The notes beneath the pieces were generated by a model that saw only the letters and a list, made by a program, of their open reading frames with translations, was not told where the DNA came from and searched no databases. 64,000 nt of DNA from Octopus sinensis (taxonomy: Eukaryota). Shown here piece by piece: positions 62,080 through 64,000 of the stretch. The stretch's first letter is position 1. Every line of letters starts with the position of its first letter. A program made the translations under genes and the position numbers. The stretch lies in contig NC_043000.1 of the NCBI RefSeq assembly GCF_006345805.1, forward strand, positions 115,568,001 to 115,632,000, written 5' to 3'.

Positions 62080-62380
62080 AAGAAAAATCGGGGTCGATTA
62101 AATAAGTACCAGTTACGCACTGGGATCGATATAATCGACTTAAACCGTTTGTCTGTCCTTGTTTGTCCTCTCTGTGTTTAGCCCCTTGTGGGTAGTACAG
62201 AAATAGGGATTTCATCTGTCTTTATGTTCTGAATTCAAATTCCGCCGAAGTCGACTTTGCCTTTCATCATTTCGGAGTCGATAAATTAAGTACCAGTTGC
62301 GTACTGGAGTCGATCTAATCGACTGGCCCCATCCACCCAAATTTCGGGCCTTGTGCCTAGAGTAGAAAAGAATAAGCACA
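62080..62380 (+). mobile_element. SINE family M dimer fragment
   Basis: ttctgaattcaaattccgccgaagtcgactttgcctttcatc core. Confidence 0.65.
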
Positions 62381-62619
62381 CACGCTGATTCTACTTCACT
62401 CCTTTTTTTGTTGACTACATATTCCAGCCATTTGACTGCGGCCTTGCTGGGGTACCACCTTACTCAGTTTTAGTACAACAATTGACCACAGTAATTATTT
62501 TTTGAAGTCTCTTATTCTATCGGACCTCTTTGCCAAACCGACATGTTACAGGGACATAAACAAAGCAACAATGGCTACAATAGAAGACACTCGAAATCAC
62601 ATGGTTGCAAAGCGGGTGT

Positions 62620-64000
62620 TTTAGTTAGTTAATTAATTCTTTGGCTCAAAAAGCAAAAAGCAAGGCCATGTAGGGGGACATGGAGTTATGTACAGGGTGG
62701 TGTTCAGGTAAAGTGTTCAGGCCACTTGTGGTCAAGGGAGACTTTGAACCGAGCGGTCGTCGGCATCTTCACCATCTCGTCCGGCAGCTTATTCCACGGA
62801 TCCGCAACCCGGACGGAGAAAGCCCCTCTTCTTCGATTGAGATGAAATCGTCGCAGATAGAGCTTTTCGGAATGACCCCACAGCCGACGCTCTGGAGCAG
62901 GAGTGAAGAACAGCTCTTTCGAGAGGTTACACTTTTCGCTTATAATGTTGTGAGCAAGAATGAGATCACCACGGCGTCGTCGTTTTTCTAGAGAATAAAG
63001 GTCAGCCTTTCTTCATAAGACAAATTCTTGAGACCAAGGACCATGCAGGTAGCCAGCTTCTGAACTCTTTCGAGATGCTGTATGTCTTTGAGGAGATAAG
63101 GAGAAGAGGCTTGAATCCCGTACTCCAATATGGGTCTCACCAGCGTGACATAGGGCGGTAGGAATATGGCTGCTGTGAGCATTCCGAATGACCGTCGAAT
63201 CAAGAACAGAACTCCGCGTGCTTTGTTGGCAGCATGGACGCACTGGGCCGAAGGCGAAAAGGAGGAATCCACCAGGATACCCAGGTCCTTTACCTGATCG
63301 GTCCTCTCCAGCAGCAGACGACCCGGCTCGAAATCAAGTTGAGTTGCAGGAGGAGAGCCAACAGGCAGATGACAGCACTTTGACACGGTCAGACACAGGT
63401 CCCATTCGTTAGACCATCTCCAAATTTGGTGGAGGCATCGACGAAGATCCTCTATATCACCGCGAGGAGCGACCAGTTTGACATCGTCGACAAATAGAAG
63501 GGTGTGTTGCGTGAGGTCGTCGGGCAAGTCATTTATGAAGACTAAGAACAATAAGGGCCCAAGCACTGAACCTTGGGGCACGCCACTGCTTGCACTGGAG
63601 ACGTCGGACCGCGAACCATTAACTTGGACTTGGAAGGAGCGATCTGAGAGGAAGGCACCAACCCATCGTAAAATATCCGGATGGAAACTATATGCTTGAA
63701 GCTTGACAAGTAATAGGCGGTGGTTTACCGAGTCAAAAGCTTTGGCAAAGTCCAATAAAACGATGTCAACAGCATCACTATCATCGAGGATGCGCGTCAC
63801 CAATTCTTCCATTACCAGTAAGTTGGTCAAGCATGATCTCTTCGGCACGAAGCCGTGTTGGGAATCAGAGATAGAGGCTGTGTTTTGGAGGTGGAGCATC
63901 ATACTTTTCTTAAGGATGGTTTCGAACATCTTGCTGATTATTGATGTAAGGGAAACCGGTCGGTAGTTAAGCGGGTCGGTAGTTAAGCGGGTCTTCGCGG
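62620..64000 (-). mobile_element. CR1/L2-like LINE 3' part, continues beyond window
   Basis: RT ORF plus short 3' UTR ending in an (AACT)n-like tail. Confidence 0.85.
62704..63929 (-). pseudogene. non-LTR reverse transcriptase (CR1-like), frameshift near 62995
   Basis: QHGFVPKRSC, LDFAKAFDSV, GVPQGSVLGPLLF, LFVDD; after the shift ...RRRRGDLI...RGHSEKL...FSVRVADPWNKLP...*. Confidence 0.9.

Noticed and set aside
63013-63966. Short ORFs overlapping the LINE RT (76, 74, 73 and 87 aa)
   Set aside because: Alternative-frame or antisense shadows of the RT sequence.

Overview
Eukaryotic, AT-rich, repeat-dense DNA with no intact cellular protein gene. The SINE families recall an octopod cephalopod genome (recognition from memory, not verified). 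The window is dominated by a tRNA gene array of 55 loci read by eye: 26 intron-containing tRNA-Tyr(GTA) loci (24 on +, 2 on -) and 29 tRNA-Ile(AAT) loci (27 on -, 2 on +). About 17 Tyr and 16 Ile copies look intact; the rest carry lesions. The basic ~1.3-1.5 kb unit is [pyrimidine tract - conserved upstream box - Tyr(+)] [decayed CORE-type SINE(-)] [Ile(-)] [decayed second SINE(+)] [GATA/GA microsatellites], so both spacers appear to be fossil SINEs amplified with the genes. Superimposed on this are higher-order duplications (~13-20 kb vs ~20-29 kb; ~46.5-51.3 kb vs ~51.4-55.4 kb), an inverted Ile cassette, an Ile-only sub-array, a hybrid Tyr gene and many insertions. The insertions are foldback/MITE elements, two non-autonomous Helitrons, a Penelope-like element with a hammerhead-like motif, hAT remnants, a full-length dead mariner and a CR1-like LINE running off the window end. 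Coordinates were counted by hand; tRNA ends should be exact or within 1-2 nt, repeat ends are approximate.
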